64,000 nt of DNA, from positions 110,484,001-110,548,000 of the forward strand of contig OZ024741.1 in the NCBI GenBank assembly GCA_964016885.1. Direction: 5' to 3'. Made by a program: the position numbers and the translations under genes. Positions 50,121 to 63,147 of the stretch are shown in pieces (the stretch's first letter is position 1; every line of letters starts with the position of its first letter). The notes beneath the pieces were generated by a model. That model made no database searches. It was not told where the DNA came from and worked only from the letters and a program-made list of their open reading frames with translations. The stretch is from Eledone cirrhosa (Eukaryota).

Positions 50121-51499
50121 ATATATATATATGGCTGACAATCGCCACCGAGGAATATAAGAAAGTTCTCCAGGAAAGTTAACCAGGAATCTTTAAAAAT
50201 CTCCCACCGAATTTAACAAAGAACTTACTAGATCAACAAAACCAAATTGTAAAATCATATTATAAAATTAAATCAAATTGTTTAGAACTACAAGTGAAGT
50301 CATTCTTTTCTTTATATATATTTATTATATACACACATACTATTACTGAACATTACTACTACTACATTAATATAATAGGCCTTCACACATGTAATTTAAT
50401 GTAAAAGGATTTTTATTTTGTTGTTGAACAATGTGTTTTGGCATACCATGGACAACAGCCATTCATATATGATGACTGTGTTCATTGTCCAGTAGTTTTA
50501 AGATTAAGTGCTCTACAGAGTGTATGATGCTAATTTATCTGGTAACCATATTTAAAGGAAACCTAGTATTGAGTAGAACTGCGGCCTGATGAAGTTTGTC
50601 CTCTTAATATCAGTATAGTGGTTTTTATTACGTTATTGTTTTACTATGATGTGTTTAAATTCGATTTGGATTTATTTCTTGATTATTGGTTCTGGTTTTG
50701 TTGATTATACATGAAATATTTGGGAGTTGATTTGCTTAAAAGTTGTTTTATGGCTGAGTGAATGTGTGTGTGGTGAGCCTTGGTGAGTGTGGATTTGGGG
50801 ATATTCATTCTGTTGTCAGATGGGGTTGTGAGAGAAAAAATATATATATATTGAGAGAGAGAGTAACAATTCGCTACTCAATCACTAGTAATATGTATGT
50901 GTGTGTGTGTGTACATAGTGCAGGTTACTGAGTAGTGAAATGCTTAAAAATGTAATCATTACATTTTAGTCAGTGTGATAATTTGAACTTATATCAATGC
51001 AATTTGATTTCTTGCTCAAAGGTAATACCATGTGATACATAATTTCTCAAGGCTGACATATCACTACAGTAGTAGTGGATAGACACACAGATAGACAATA
51101 TGTTATATATAGAGAGAGATAGACAGTGTTTATATGTGTGTGTGTGTGTAGATAAATAGCTAGAGGTAGGTAAGAGATATAGGGAGGTAGGTAGATAGAC
51201 AGACAGACAGATAAAGAGAAATTGCCAAGAGAAGGGGCAACATGCCATTTGATCATAATGTCACTGTAAACTTTAGTGTTTCTGCTTCAACAATTCCATG
51301 GTTTGGTCAAGTGGAACACATGTCTAAGGTTATCTTGTCTTAAAGGTGAAGTTGTTGTTTGAATAAATATTTGTTTGTAAGTTTTTGGTTAATGTTGTTG
51401 TTGTTTGGCTCCTTGTAGTCTCTGACCAAACAGATGTAGTATCAAAGCATTCTATCCATTTTTTCCTCTGAAGGGAACCTAGGACTATGATATCCATCA

Positions 51500-52340
51500 T
51501 GTCATTTTTTAACCCTTTCTTTACTATATTTCTAATAAAAGACACTGACTATGATTTTGAAATTATTTTGAAAATAATTAAGAATTTGGAGGATTAGTAA
51601 TCTAACTTTGTCATTATTAAGCTGGTGTTTGGAACATAATGGTATTTGGTACATAAAATTATGATGGAAGGTTTTTTAGAGGATATAAACATTTTAACCC
51701 TTTAGTTACCATATTTCTAATGAAAGATACTACCTATGGTTTTGAGATAATTTTGAAAATAAAATTTTTTTTGAGATTTAGTAATATTTTCTCATTATTA
51801 AGCTGATGTAGTATATTTCTCATTATTAAGCTGATATAGTATATCTTAAAAGTTTTTACATAAAATTAAGATGGGAGATTTATTTGTTAAATATAAGTAC
51901 TTTAACCCATTTATTACCATATTTTTAATGAAAAAGACTGCCTATGATTTTAAAATAATTTTGGAGAGATTTAGTAATATAATTAACCTACTCATAATTA
52001 AGCAGAGGTTTAGAGGGCAGCAGATTTGCAGAATACTTTGTGGCATTTATATTCTGAGTTCAAATTCTGTCAGTCAACTTTTCTTTTCATTCTCTGGGGT
52101 ACCAGCAAGGTAATGAGGTTGATTTAATTGACTTTCCCCTCTCGTAAAATTACTGGTATTGTGCCTGTGTTAAAAACGATTATTAATCTAGTGTTTGGAA
52201 CATAACTTAACAAAGGGTTTTATGTAAAATTATGATGGAAGGTTTTTCAATATATACACTTTTAATATAAACATTTTTAAATAAATAAATTTGTATTGTA
52301 GAACCAGGGACAGTTTCAGGTGGTTTTGTATTAATAGGAT
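51500..52340. mobile_element. Tandem array of family-2 piggyBac-type MITE units with a nested SINE (52005-52185)
   Basis: ttaaccc..ttaccatatttctaa..cattattaagctg..acataaaattatgatgg unit repeated three times. Confidence 0.7.
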
Positions 52341-52619
52341 TGAGACAGTAGGGTGTGATCTTGGAGATTTGACTGGTGTTTCTTGCAGGTCTAGCTCCTA
52401 CATAGAGGCTCCTAAGCTCAACTGTTTCATCATCATTTTCTTGTCTGTTTTTTTAGGTTAAGGATACTTTTCTACCACCTTGCCACCAGTCTCAGAAGCC
52501 TTGAAATGGGTCATGGGCATTGCCCTTCTTCCTCTCACCAGTCTCAGAGGCCTGGAAATGGGTTAGGACATTGTCCTTCTCCATCTTATCAACAGTAAAA
52601 AAACATATGTGAAACTGAC

Positions 52620-53000
52620 TCTCAACCATATCCATCCAGCTGTCTTACTCCCACATTTGTCATGTGATATTCCATGCTGTTCTTTGCTCTTCCATCCAGC
52701 TGTCTTACCTCTACCCTTGCCATGTTGTACCCTGGTGTTCCACCCTGATGTCTTACTCCCTACATTTGCCATGTGATATTCTATGTTGTTCCCTAGTGTT
52801 CCACCCAGTTGCCTTACTCCCTACTCCTGCTGTTTGATGTTCTATGGTGTTCTACTCAACCATCTCGCTCACTACTCTTGCTGTTTAGTGTTCCATACTG
52901 TTGCATTGAGTCATCTCACCCCACTACTCTCTCACTGTTCCATCCAGTCATCTCATCTCACCCCCTATACTTGTTGTTTAGTGTTCCATGTTACATTCTA
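52620..53000. repeat. Degenerate ~45-60 bp tandem repeat
   Basis: Recurring tgttccatccagctgtcttactcc motif. Confidence 0.65.
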
Positions 53001-54074
53001 ACAACTGACAACACAGCTGTGATAAAAACAACTACCCCCACCCCTCCCCCACCACCACCACTGCTAAATACTTTTTCTCTCTTCCTCCTTTACCTTTAAC
53101 ATATGATATTTTTTAACCAAAATATTTTAATTTTAAATTCTTTTTGTTTTACATAAAATTCGTTTTGTTATTTTAATTTTTTTGTTTATAGTAAAATAAA
53201 AAAAGATATATATATATATTACAAAATATATAAAAAATTACCTCAGATTAAGAAATGTTCACATGGAAGGGTAGGGGTGAGAGAGAATGTTATTCACTAA
53301 ATCCATGATATTAATTTAACTTAACGATGTTTAATTTTCAGTTTCCTTAAATCATCATCCCACCCACTCCCCACCCTTGACACTAGCATGATACCATTCA
53401 ACATTGACATAGTGTCTGAGCACCCCCCCCCCCTTCCCCACACACTCACACACAGATATACAAACAGACATACTCACACGCACAGGCAGACAGGTTGAAG
53501 AAATAAAGATGTTTCATCATCATCATCAGAACCAACATCAACATCAACATCACAGCTGCTGTTATTATCATAATGAAAGAAACAAATATCAATAGTTTTC
53601 CTCGTAAGTGCACAAGTTCCTGGCCTGTCTGGGAGACCAGTGGCTCCACTTCAGTACTGACTTGGTCTATATGGATCCGTCCAACCTTTGCTAGCAGGGA
53701 AAGCAAATGTTAAAATGACAATGATGTATATATATGGAGAGAGGAAAAGTGCCATATATCGTTAGAGAAACACATAGTATTTTGTACATAATATAAAGCA
53801 TATAAAATTTAGGAAAAAGTAGAGGCTCTAAGGTGGAACATTTTTTATTTTTAAACCAAAGCAAAGATTGATCTAAGTAATCAATTATCGATTACCAACT
53901 ATTGATTTTGGTAGAGCTATGGAAGATGCAAAACTAATCACCAGAGGAAATCCTCTTTGGATAAGTTCTAATAAAGTAAAATAATACCTTTATATTTGTG
54001 GGGTTTCAAGAGTCAGCCAAAACTATAGACCACATGATCGCACCTCTTTCTAGTGGATAGGATGTCCAGTCCTA

Positions 54075-54495
54075 TTTATATCTGCCACATCAGTCAAAAC
54101 ATTCTTCACACTTTAGTATTCTGGATAATAATTTTCCACCTGGCCACAACTAAATAGATTAATCAATAAAAATACATTTAAGTTGTCTTTTTCAACCACC
54201 CCTAACTTAGCTGATTATAAAGCATTCAGCAATCACCATAAACTTTCTAAATTTAACTCCTCTACCAACAACATTAATATAATTCAACATAATCTACTTA
54301 ATACCAATTCCACTAACATGAGTAATATATTGAATGCCAGCACACTGAACCAACCAGCGGCCATCAATGGAAATATCTCAAATCCTCCTAAAACTGTTAC
54401 TTCTTTCTCTAATTTGGACTGTAACTGTAGAGTTCCCACTAATTGTCCCCTAAATAGATTCTGCCTAATAAATAATATAGTACTGCAAGAACACA
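54075..54495 (+). pseudogene. Penelope-like (Naiad-type) RT thumb and linker fragment
   Basis: ..FPPGHN..INKNTFKLSFSTTPNL...CNCRVPTNCPLNRFCLINNIV, i.e. a CxCx5Cx5C linker. Confidence 0.72.
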
Positions 54496-54572
54496 ACACT
54501 CTACTGGTTCATATATTTGAGCCATAGTGAATCCATTTTTACACCTACCACCCTTCTTCTGATTACCAAATG

Positions 54573-54800
54573 CTAAAGCTGGCGCATTACTGTACCAGCT
54601 CCTGTAATTCTTGTGCTTAATTCAGCCTCTTGCCTGCCATAACTCATGAACATGGTCTCGAGATACTTGTACTTCTCTACTAACTTCAGTGGAACTCCAT
54701 TCACATGTCGAGTACATTGTGCAGGCTTCCTTGAGGAGACGATTGTCTTAGTTTTCACAGCACTGATTTTCATTCCAGCCTTGCAACACTTGGCATCAAA
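54573..54800 (-). pseudogene. RTE (Expander/Rex3-like) RT fragment
   Basis: MKISAVKTKTIVSSRK..VEKYKYLETMF..GRQEAELSTRI. Confidence 0.7.
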
Positions 54801-54835
<35 letters not shown>

Positions 54836-55104
54836 ATCCAAATATATGAATAAGTACTTGTAACTATTTATATATACCCTTTAATATCTTTGTAAGTGAG
54901 TATTCTCTCTACCGACATATTTGGCTCTATGTATGCAATTCCAGGAATATTAGTATATATATTTATAATATGAATATTAGTATGTATATTTACTGTGTTT
55001 ATGTCTGCCTTTCCAACTCTCTACCTAGTAAATCTTCCTATATGATATATAAACACATTGAACTAATTCTGAAAACAAGTGGTAGTTGTATGGTATGGTA
55101 TAGT

Positions 55105-55400
55105 GTGGACCTGTAACTCCTGAGGAGTCGTGAGGGCCCTATATTGACATACAGCGTTTCTAGGACAATTTTAAAACCTGGCAGAGCCCATCTCCTCTCC
55201 AAACCTGAATACAGTAGATTTCTCCCGGAGAAGGAAAGAGAGAGTCAGAGAAAGGAAGTGAGAAAGAGATAGTACTTGACTGGTACTTTTTTATAGACCA
55301 TCAGTGGACGAAAGGCAAAGTTGACCTTGGTGTGATTTGAACTCAGAGAACTGAAATGAATACTACAAAGCATTCTAATCAACGTTCTAAAAACTCTGCC
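55105..55400 (-). mobile_element. Meta/MESC-like SINE, long form
   Basis: ggacgaaaggcaaagttgacc core and gatttgaactcag B-box. Confidence 0.75.
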
Positions 55401-55856
55401 CATATTATTGCTGCCTATATTATATACATGATAGTTGTATACTATCATATATAATTGTATACTATCATGTGTGGATATAGACTTACATATGTTGGTATGT
55501 AGTCATATATTATGATGTATAAGTGTACCTGTATATATGAGGATATCTCTAAGTGGGTATATAATTGTCTGTTTGTATACATGTATGTTTATGTGTGTTA
55601 GGGGATGAATAGATTTTGTGGTGAGATATGCTTCCACTTTTAATCTTAAAACTGCTGATGTCAAAGTGTACTTCTGTATAGTGGATCAATCTATATTTGT
55701 AAATATATATATGTGTGAGAATATACATTTCTAGATATGTGTGTGTAAAAGGCATGTATGATTATATGTATGTATATATATATACACATATAATCATACA
55801 TGCCTTTACACACACACATATATATGTAGCTGTAACTATATAGGTATATAAGTGTT

Positions 55857-55892
<36 letters not shown>

Positions 55893-55901
55893 CACACATG
55901 T

Positions 55902-55948
<47 letters not shown>

Positions 55949-56015
55949 CAAGGTTTAGCAAATAAGAAAAAGTTTCAAAATAAATTTTAAAAAATTCACT
56001 GTACTCACTATGGTT

Positions 56016-56102
56016 ACCTTTACCGAATCGGTTTCGAGTCTCAAAAATAAATGGACAGTCCTTGCGGCCTTCCATTGCAAAGATAAACTCTCGTCAGAAG
56101 GT
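56016..56102 (-). ncRNA. Type I hammerhead ribozyme with extended stem-loop II
   Basis: Minus strand: acctt CTGACGA gagttt...agactc GAAA ccgattcgg TA aaggt. All core nucleotides present; GUA cleavage triplet. Confidence 0.82.
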
Positions 56103-56374
56103 TCTTTTCACTCGGAGAATATAAAATTCCCGAGTTCAAATTACGAACTGGCGCTATTCAAAATTGTTCCCGAGGTGAGAATGAATGATGTGGAAGCAAT
56201 TCCGTCCAGTGCCGTGTGTAAAGATAGAAGCAGAGGCAGGGAGGTCAGTCTACTACCACTATAACTAGCAGCAGTGAGAACGACCAAATTTTATCTCGAC
56301 CAAGAGGAGAATAATAATAATAAAGTATATATCCCTACACACAAAAAGCGTCTAGGGACACATGTATTGTCCAA

Positions 56375-56427
<53 letters not shown>

Positions 56428-56428
<1 letters not shown>

Positions 56429-56840
56429 GTCATCATCATCATTTTACGTCTGCTTTTCCCTGCTTGCAAGGGTGGGACGGGTTATTCAGCACAGCATCTC
56501 TCCACTTGTCACAGTCCTTTGTTATCTCCTCGGTGAGCTTCCCTGAGAGGGATAGAATGTAGTGTGCAAGAGAGGAGACTGAGGTGATATGGACATGTGA
56601 TGCGCATTGAGGATGACCGATGGGTGAAAAAGTGCCAGGAAATGCCAGTTGAAGGAAGACGTGGTAGAGGTAGACCACGAAAAACATGAGCGGAGGTGGT
56701 GAGAACAGACCTCAGATCGCTGAAGCTCACAGTGGAGATGACGAAGGACCGTGACAAGTAGAGAGATGTTGTGCTGAATAAGACCCGTCCCACACTTGCA
56801 GCAGGGAAAAGCGGACGTAAAATGATGATGATGATGATAT
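56428..56840. mobile_element. Two RTE family-B 3' ends fused head-to-head
   Basis: 56428-56541 is minus with a (CAT)n tail; 56542-56838 is plus with a (TGA)n tail. Confidence 0.85.
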
Positions 56841-57104
56841 ATAATAAAATATATGGAGAATAGAAATGGCTGTGTAGTTGCTATTTAAGGTAGCTTAAAA
56901 TGGAGTGGGAATAAGAAGAAAGCAAGAAGGGGCGGGGAGGGGGGAGTTTTCCTCATCAGTTGTCTACTGGGGGTCTCGGATATGTCTACTCTTTAAAGAC
57001 AAGATATCTACCGCCCAGAGCGGCAATAACTGGATAAGTTATTGGGATAACAGAGAAGGGAGAAAAGGAAAACAAAAGGGAAGAAAAGAGAAAACCACTG
57101 TTTA

Positions 57105-57360
57105 GCATCCATTTTTCTATGCTAGCATGGGTTAAACGAGTTGTCCTGTTGTGAGCCAAACCAGATCAGATGACCATGTCTTGCTCATATTGAGCTGATT
57201 TTGGCTTGATTTCTATGGATAGATGCCTTGTACTCTTAGAGTAAATAAACTCCATGCTATAGTCATTATTAATTTTAAACTTTCTGACAGCACCTCTGTA
57301 CTTGGCTTGTACCACCCTCACTAGCCACTCATCTACTCCCAGTTTCCTAAGTGCATACAC
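57105..57360 (-). mobile_element. RTE 3' tail joined to an internal RT fragment
   Basis: YALRKLGVDEWLVRVVQAKY next to a catgctagcatggg tail. Confidence 0.65.
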
Positions 57361-57639
57361 AATTTACTTCCATTTGCAGTGCAGTCACTGCACCAAACTA
57401 GTGACTCACAAGGTACAGACATGGGGAGGTGGAAAATGAGAGGGAGAGAAGATATGGAAATATTGTTTCCCCCACTCCCTCATCAGTCACTGTCTAATAA
57501 TTGGACTCCTTTCGGATATATAGGGAGTGGGGGTGGTTAATATTTAATATTTTAGTTTGTCAGTGGGGAGAGGTGTAGAATGATGTGGGGAAGTCATGTT
57601 TATCCTGGAGCAACCTTTCTTTTTTTTTTTTTTTTTTTT

Positions 57640-58000
57640 GGTGATGGTGATGCTGCTGCTGGTGGCTGTGGTGGTTGGGTGGTAGTTGTCATAATGGTGT
57701 GTTGGAGGTGGTGGTGACGTTGATGGTGCTAGTGGTTGTGGTGGTGTTGATGGTGCTGGTGGAGGTGGTGGTGGGAGTGGTGTGTGTGCTGGTGGTGTTC
57801 ATGGAGGTGGTGGTGGGGAGGGTGGTTATGGTGCTGCTAGTGGTGGTTGAGGTGGTGATTATTCTGATGATAGTGGTGGTGGTACTGGTTGTGGTGGTGC
57901 TGGTAGTGATGGTGGTGGTGGTGGTGGTTGTGCTACTGCTAGTGGTAGTGGAAGATGTATAGTATGGTAGAGGAGGCATCTAGGTGGTAGTAGTGGGTAA
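57640..58000. repeat. (GGT)n degenerate microsatellite
   Basis: Directly visible; source of the poly-Val/Thr ORFs. Confidence 0.95.
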
Positions 58001-58399
58001 TGAGCTTCCATTACTGTTATAATTTATGTTTAAAAATTGAAAATTATTACATTGTGGGCAGACTTCTCAGAACCTACACCAAACAGCTATATGAGGATGC
58101 TGAGTGCAATCTTGAGGACATACCACTATCAATGGATGACTGAGATGGATTGAGAGGGAAAGTCATAGCGATCTGCTCAACCAGCACACTGAGAAGAGGT
58201 TACATTAGAGAAGAGGTTTTGGTTGTATTTCCAAATGCTAAAATGACTGTTCCATGGTGTAATTGTAGTTTCCAACACATGGTCTCAGATAAAGTCACTT
58301 GTCCAATGAGTACAACTCTGTTATGCCATCATCTTCAATATAACTTCTCTCAGTCCTGTAGCTTCTGTAACTACCACAGTCACCACCACTACCACTATT

Positions 58400-59000
58400 T
58401 CTAATTTAGGAACAAGGTCAGTAGTATTTTTTAAGGGAGGGAAAAGTCAATTATAACCCTGGCAGGATAAAAGACGAAGTTGACCATGATTTGAACTCCG
58501 AACATAGAAACCAAACAATGCCTTAATGATTCTGCCAATCCACCAATCATAAAAATAATTGTTTCTACTTTTGGCACAAAGCCAGCAATTGGAAGGGAAG
58601 GGGAAAGTCAATTAAATTGAACCCAGTGCTTTACTGGTATTTTTATTTTATTGACCCCCATAAGGACGAAAGACAAAGCTAACCTCATTGGGTTTTGAAC
58701 TCAGAATGTAAAGAACCATAACTGTATGCCACAAAACATGTTTTCTGATGCTCTACCAATACTGCCAATCCACTGTCTACAACTATAACAACAACAACAA
58801 CAGCAACAACAATGATAATGGTTTCTGATTTAGGCACAAGGCCAACGATTTGGAGGAGGGGAAGTCGTTTAAATCGACCCCATAAGGATGAAAGGCAAAG
58901 CTAACCTCATCGGGATTTAAACTCAGAATGTAAAGATCCATAACTATATGCCACAAAGCATGTTTTCCGGCTCTCTACCAATACTGCCAATCCACTGTCT
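58400..59000 (-). mobile_element. Tandem array of three Meta/MESC-like SINEs
   Basis: Three units each ending ctgccaatccac, with gacgaaagacaaag/gatgaaaggcaaag cores. Confidence 0.8.
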
Positions 59001-60124
59001 ACGACAACAACAATAATCAATTCTAAATCAATGAATGTTTCTACCACCCCTCCTCTTCTAAACCCCTTACTGGTGGGGCACTGCTTTTTTTTTATTTACC
59101 CTTTTCACAGATTCAAATTTAATTATGTTAGAAGCTTTTCCTTCTCTCCTTCCACCTTCTTAACCCTCCCCATCACCCAAGCCACTCCCCATAGCCAGCC
59201 TCTATATCACCCAATTTCTCTGCCCCCCCCCCCCCCTCAATTAAACAAGATGTACTGCAACATTGATAAGGTGAAGGGAAGGTGTGTATGTGTGTGTGTC
59301 TATGCATGTATGTAGTGATGTTGGTATGCTTTTGTGTGTTTCTTAATGACTATGTAGTGTGTGAAATGTGTAGTGTGCATGTATACTTGTATGATTCTGT
59401 GTATGTATTTGTATGCCTTTGTGTTTCTGTGGGTGTTTGTATGAATATGTGGATATGTGTGTATGTATCTATCTATGTTTTTGTATGTATGTGTATGCTG
59501 GTGTGTGTGTGTGAACATGTGGATGTAGGTGTATGTGAATATGTGGATGGATGTGTGTGTGTGTATATGTGCTGGTATATCTCTCTGGGTGTGTGTTTGC
59601 TAGTGTCTCTATATGGATCCATGTGTGTGTAGATGCATTAACACTCTCCACCCAAAAAAACCTAACCCATAGAAATAAAGATTTCTTCCTTTTGATATTT
59701 TATCTGTATTTTTGAAAGTTTTCTACCTGTTATAGTTCTCAGATTCCCACATGTTCTAAATAATCCTACTACTTCCCTATGCTCTATTTTCTCCTGCCAC
59801 TTTCCACATGTTCTGTATAGTTCTACCACACCCACATGTTCCCTATAGTCCTGTCATTTCCCACATGTACTGTATAGATCTATCACTTCCGACATGTTCT
59901 ATATACTCCAGTCACTGTCACATGCTCTATATAGTCCTACCACTGCCACATGTTCTTTATAATCCTACCACTTGTGATATTTTCGTACATGCACTGTGTA
60001 GTAATTTCCACATATTGTGTATAGTCATCATCATCACTATTCACTTCTGTTTCCATGCTTGCATGTTACATTCTGTCTTTGGCTTGGTTTCCACCTGTTA
60101 ATTTGTCCTACATGTTATATGTCC

Positions 60125-60337
60125 TTTAGCTCTTTAGCATTTAAACTTGTCATATCCGGCCAGAGCTCTCTCACCTCTTTCTGTTCAAACCGGCTGAAAT
60201 CAGCCTCTCATACTTATGTTAAGGTATTGTTCTCAAAATAGATATCAAAATCTCATAGATTCGATATTATGTGAGGTAAGGTATTTACCGTCAAAATATA
60301 ATAGTAAATATAGAATAATGTCAATGTTAAAGGGTTA
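60125..60337. mobile_element. piggyBac-type MITE (family 1), copy 3
   Basis: Homologous to 5855-6063; ends aaagggttaa. Confidence 0.8.
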
Positions 60338-60998
60338 AAATAACTTCCACTCGTCAATATACATAGTCCAACAATACACATCATAACAGTATTGGTGTAT
60401 CTCTGTATGTATGTGTATATGTATGTACATATGCATGCATGCATTTGAGTACCTACCTGTGTATGCCATTAGAAACAAAGTTATTATCAATGTTTGTTCC
60501 CTCTTCCACCGCATTATAAGTATTAATTATACATTATGAACTGTTATTCATCTCATTTCTCTCTAATTACCAACAGTTGATATCCTAACCTTAGATCATT
60601 GATCACAATTAAGAGGTAATTAGCTGTTAATACTTTAGTTTTTAATCATTTGACCTTATCTGCTTATTGTATTTCATTAGATAAAATGCTTTTTATCTTT
60701 TGACTTACAAATGCATCATCATCTTCAATTTCACATCCCTCCCACATAGTGTGTGAGTTTAGTAAAAGAGTAACACACATACACAAATATCCATGTGTGT
60801 GTGTATACATACATAAACGCCCACACACCCACAGATGCACATATAAAAGGGAAGAGGGAACTTGTCTGCGACATTATTGTCATATCTTCCTGGTTGTAGG
60901 AAGCACATCCAGCCATAGAAATGTTGCCAAACAGAGAGTCAAGAGGAATTTCCAGTTGTGTCAAAGACACGACAACCTTCCTAGTGTTGGTAGCCCTT

Positions 60999-62350
60999 TC
61001 ACAAAATTATTCGTCGTCTTCTCCATTTGTAAATGTGATATGAGCTAATTTTGATGTGAGAAAATGCACATCTACCAACAGACCACACTTCAGGCTTGAT
61101 ACCCCTCTCCACTAGAGATGATGTCTCTCCAATGGTAATAGCCTGGTGATAAGCCTATCATGATATTGGTTACGGGAGAAATATGAATAAATTATAAAAC
61201 CTTCAACTGATGAGATATTTAAAATTCATATGTAAATCAGTTCAATTCTTCATTTCTTTTTGGCAAATTCATTGATCACTTCGCTATAAAATGTATCAGC
61301 ACCATGCTCTATCTTTTATCTTCTTCAAAAGGTTTTTATTCATGGAAATGAAGACCAAATTGCTCAATCTCTCTTGACTTTGAGAACACCTCATATAATT
61401 ATTTAACTCACTTTAATGAAAAAAAAACGATCTTTCACATGAAGCAGATGTGGCAGGTATGGTCAGAATCAGGCATAATAATTTTGTTACTTCTGCCAAA
61501 GCTTGATTTAGTTCAAGTTCCTGTATTATGTCTGTGACTTCTTGAATGTTTGATGCTTGCTTTGCAAAATCTGCAGCATAAACTGATTTCAGCTCACATT
61601 TCAATCCATATGTTTATATAGACACCCAAGGATGAAAATGCTTCCATCAGAAATGTTCTTTCGTAAGTGTGAAAAAGCTTTGGTTTCAACAATTCCACAA
61701 ATCTGAACTCTCCCATTGTTTTAAATCTTTGATCAATGTGGACAATATCTTCATCCAAAATGTTGTTAAACAAAGTTCTTAAAACAGCTTCTGGTTCTTG
61801 ATATCAACCACGCTTCTCCGGTGGTTCAGCAACACCTCCCAGAACCCGGCAGTAAAATTCCTCAAACATGTTGTTTTTGATATCAACCAATTGTTTCTGG
61901 AAGTTTTCAACCTCATGAATGCACCTCAAAATATCAAGCAAACTTTTTTGAAGAATAGAAAACAATTTCTGAGCCACTCAATATGGTTTTGAAAACTACT
62001 AATAAAAATTTAAACAGAAAATCTTCTAGGATTTCAACAAATCTCCTTGCCTGTGCTAATTCTGAATCATTCCAATCCTCTGGTTTTTCTAATAGCATTG
62101 AAAATAGCTCAAAAAGCATGGTAATTCTAAATAAATAGGTGCAAGTTTACTTTTTTGCATAACTTTTGGAGAGAGGTTTCAAGCCTGAAGTGTGGTCTGT
62201 TGGTAGAAGTGCATTTTCTCATAATAAAATTAACTCGTATCACATTTACAAATGGAGCAGAGGACAACGAATAATTTTGTGAGGTGGGGGTGGGGAGGTA
62301 AGGCTCCACAGCCCCACTCCCCACCATGGCGATTGGAATGCATGCCCTGC
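60999..62350. mobile_element. Internally deleted hAT element with ~115-bp inverted repeats
   Basis: 60999-61111 is the reverse complement of 62167-62282; right terminus ..gcatgccctg (CAGGG on the minus strand). Confidence 0.65.
61200..62125 (-). pseudogene. hAT (ZMYM1/Tip100-like) transposase C-terminal fragment
   Basis: ELKSVY..EVTKLLCLILTIPATSASCERSF dimerisation motif followed by SQERLSNL; many frameshifts. Confidence 0.82.
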
Positions 62351-62573
62351 TTTTCAAGTTACTCATTGCCACTAATAATAACCCGTCTACCCCATGCAAG
62401 TATAGAAAACATACATTAAATGAAATGATGAAAATATATATATATATGTAGATAAATCTACCAAAGTATATGGTAGTGTCCAATCCGTATGAACTCAATG
62501 TAATCCAAATATCATGAAAAGAGATGTATTCTAAAATTTTTTTAGATGAAAATCACAGGAAAACATAGTCAAG

Positions 62574-62810
62574 ATAAACTAATAAAAACAATGAATAAAA
62601 ACAAAGAAACAGTTCCTTATATTAAAAATTCATAATTTTACGATCGTTTCTATGATATATATGTGTTTGTTGGTATGTAAAATTTTTATATAGATCTATA
62701 TGATATACATACCAACAAACACATATATCCTAGAAACGATCGTAAAATGATGAATTTTTTAATATAAGGAACTGTTTCTTTGTTTTTATTCATTGTTTTT
62801 ATTAATTTAT
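62574..62810. repeat. ~105-bp-arm inverted repeat carrying a half hammerhead (Penelope-like inverted terminus)
   Basis: 62574-62679 is the reverse complement of 62706-62810; both arms contain GAAA-CGATCG-TA. Confidence 0.8.
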
Positions 62811-62845
62811 TTATATATATATATATATATCAACTAGAAATTGAT

Positions 62846-63133
62846 TCATCATCATCATCATTTCATTTTACGTCCGCTTTTTCCCTGCTTGCAAGGGTGG
62901 GACGGGAACTGATTCTGGCTTGATTTCTACAGCTGGATGCCCTTCCTAACACCAACCTCATTTACAGCGAGTGCTGGATGCTTTTTTGCCGTGGCACCTT
63001 CACGACCACTTTGCAGTGGAATGATATGGACCCCAGTCCCTATCATCTCATTTCTACAGCTGAGTAAACTGCAGCAATGTGGAATAAAGTGTCTTGCTCA
63101 AGGAAACAACACATCACCCAGTCTGAGAATTGA
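62846..63133 (-). mobile_element. SINE with RTE family-B tail, copy 2
   Basis: Near-identical reverse complement of 49830-50115. Confidence 0.85.
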
Positions 63134-63147
63134 CATATATATATATA

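Noticed and set aside
56940-56965. CTGATGAGG on the minus strand as a hammerhead
   Set aside because: No closing GAAA with helix III and helix I could be found downstream
57675-57979. Poly-Val / mucin-like Thr-rich ORFs
   Set aside because: (GGT)n microsatellite with no flanking coding signal
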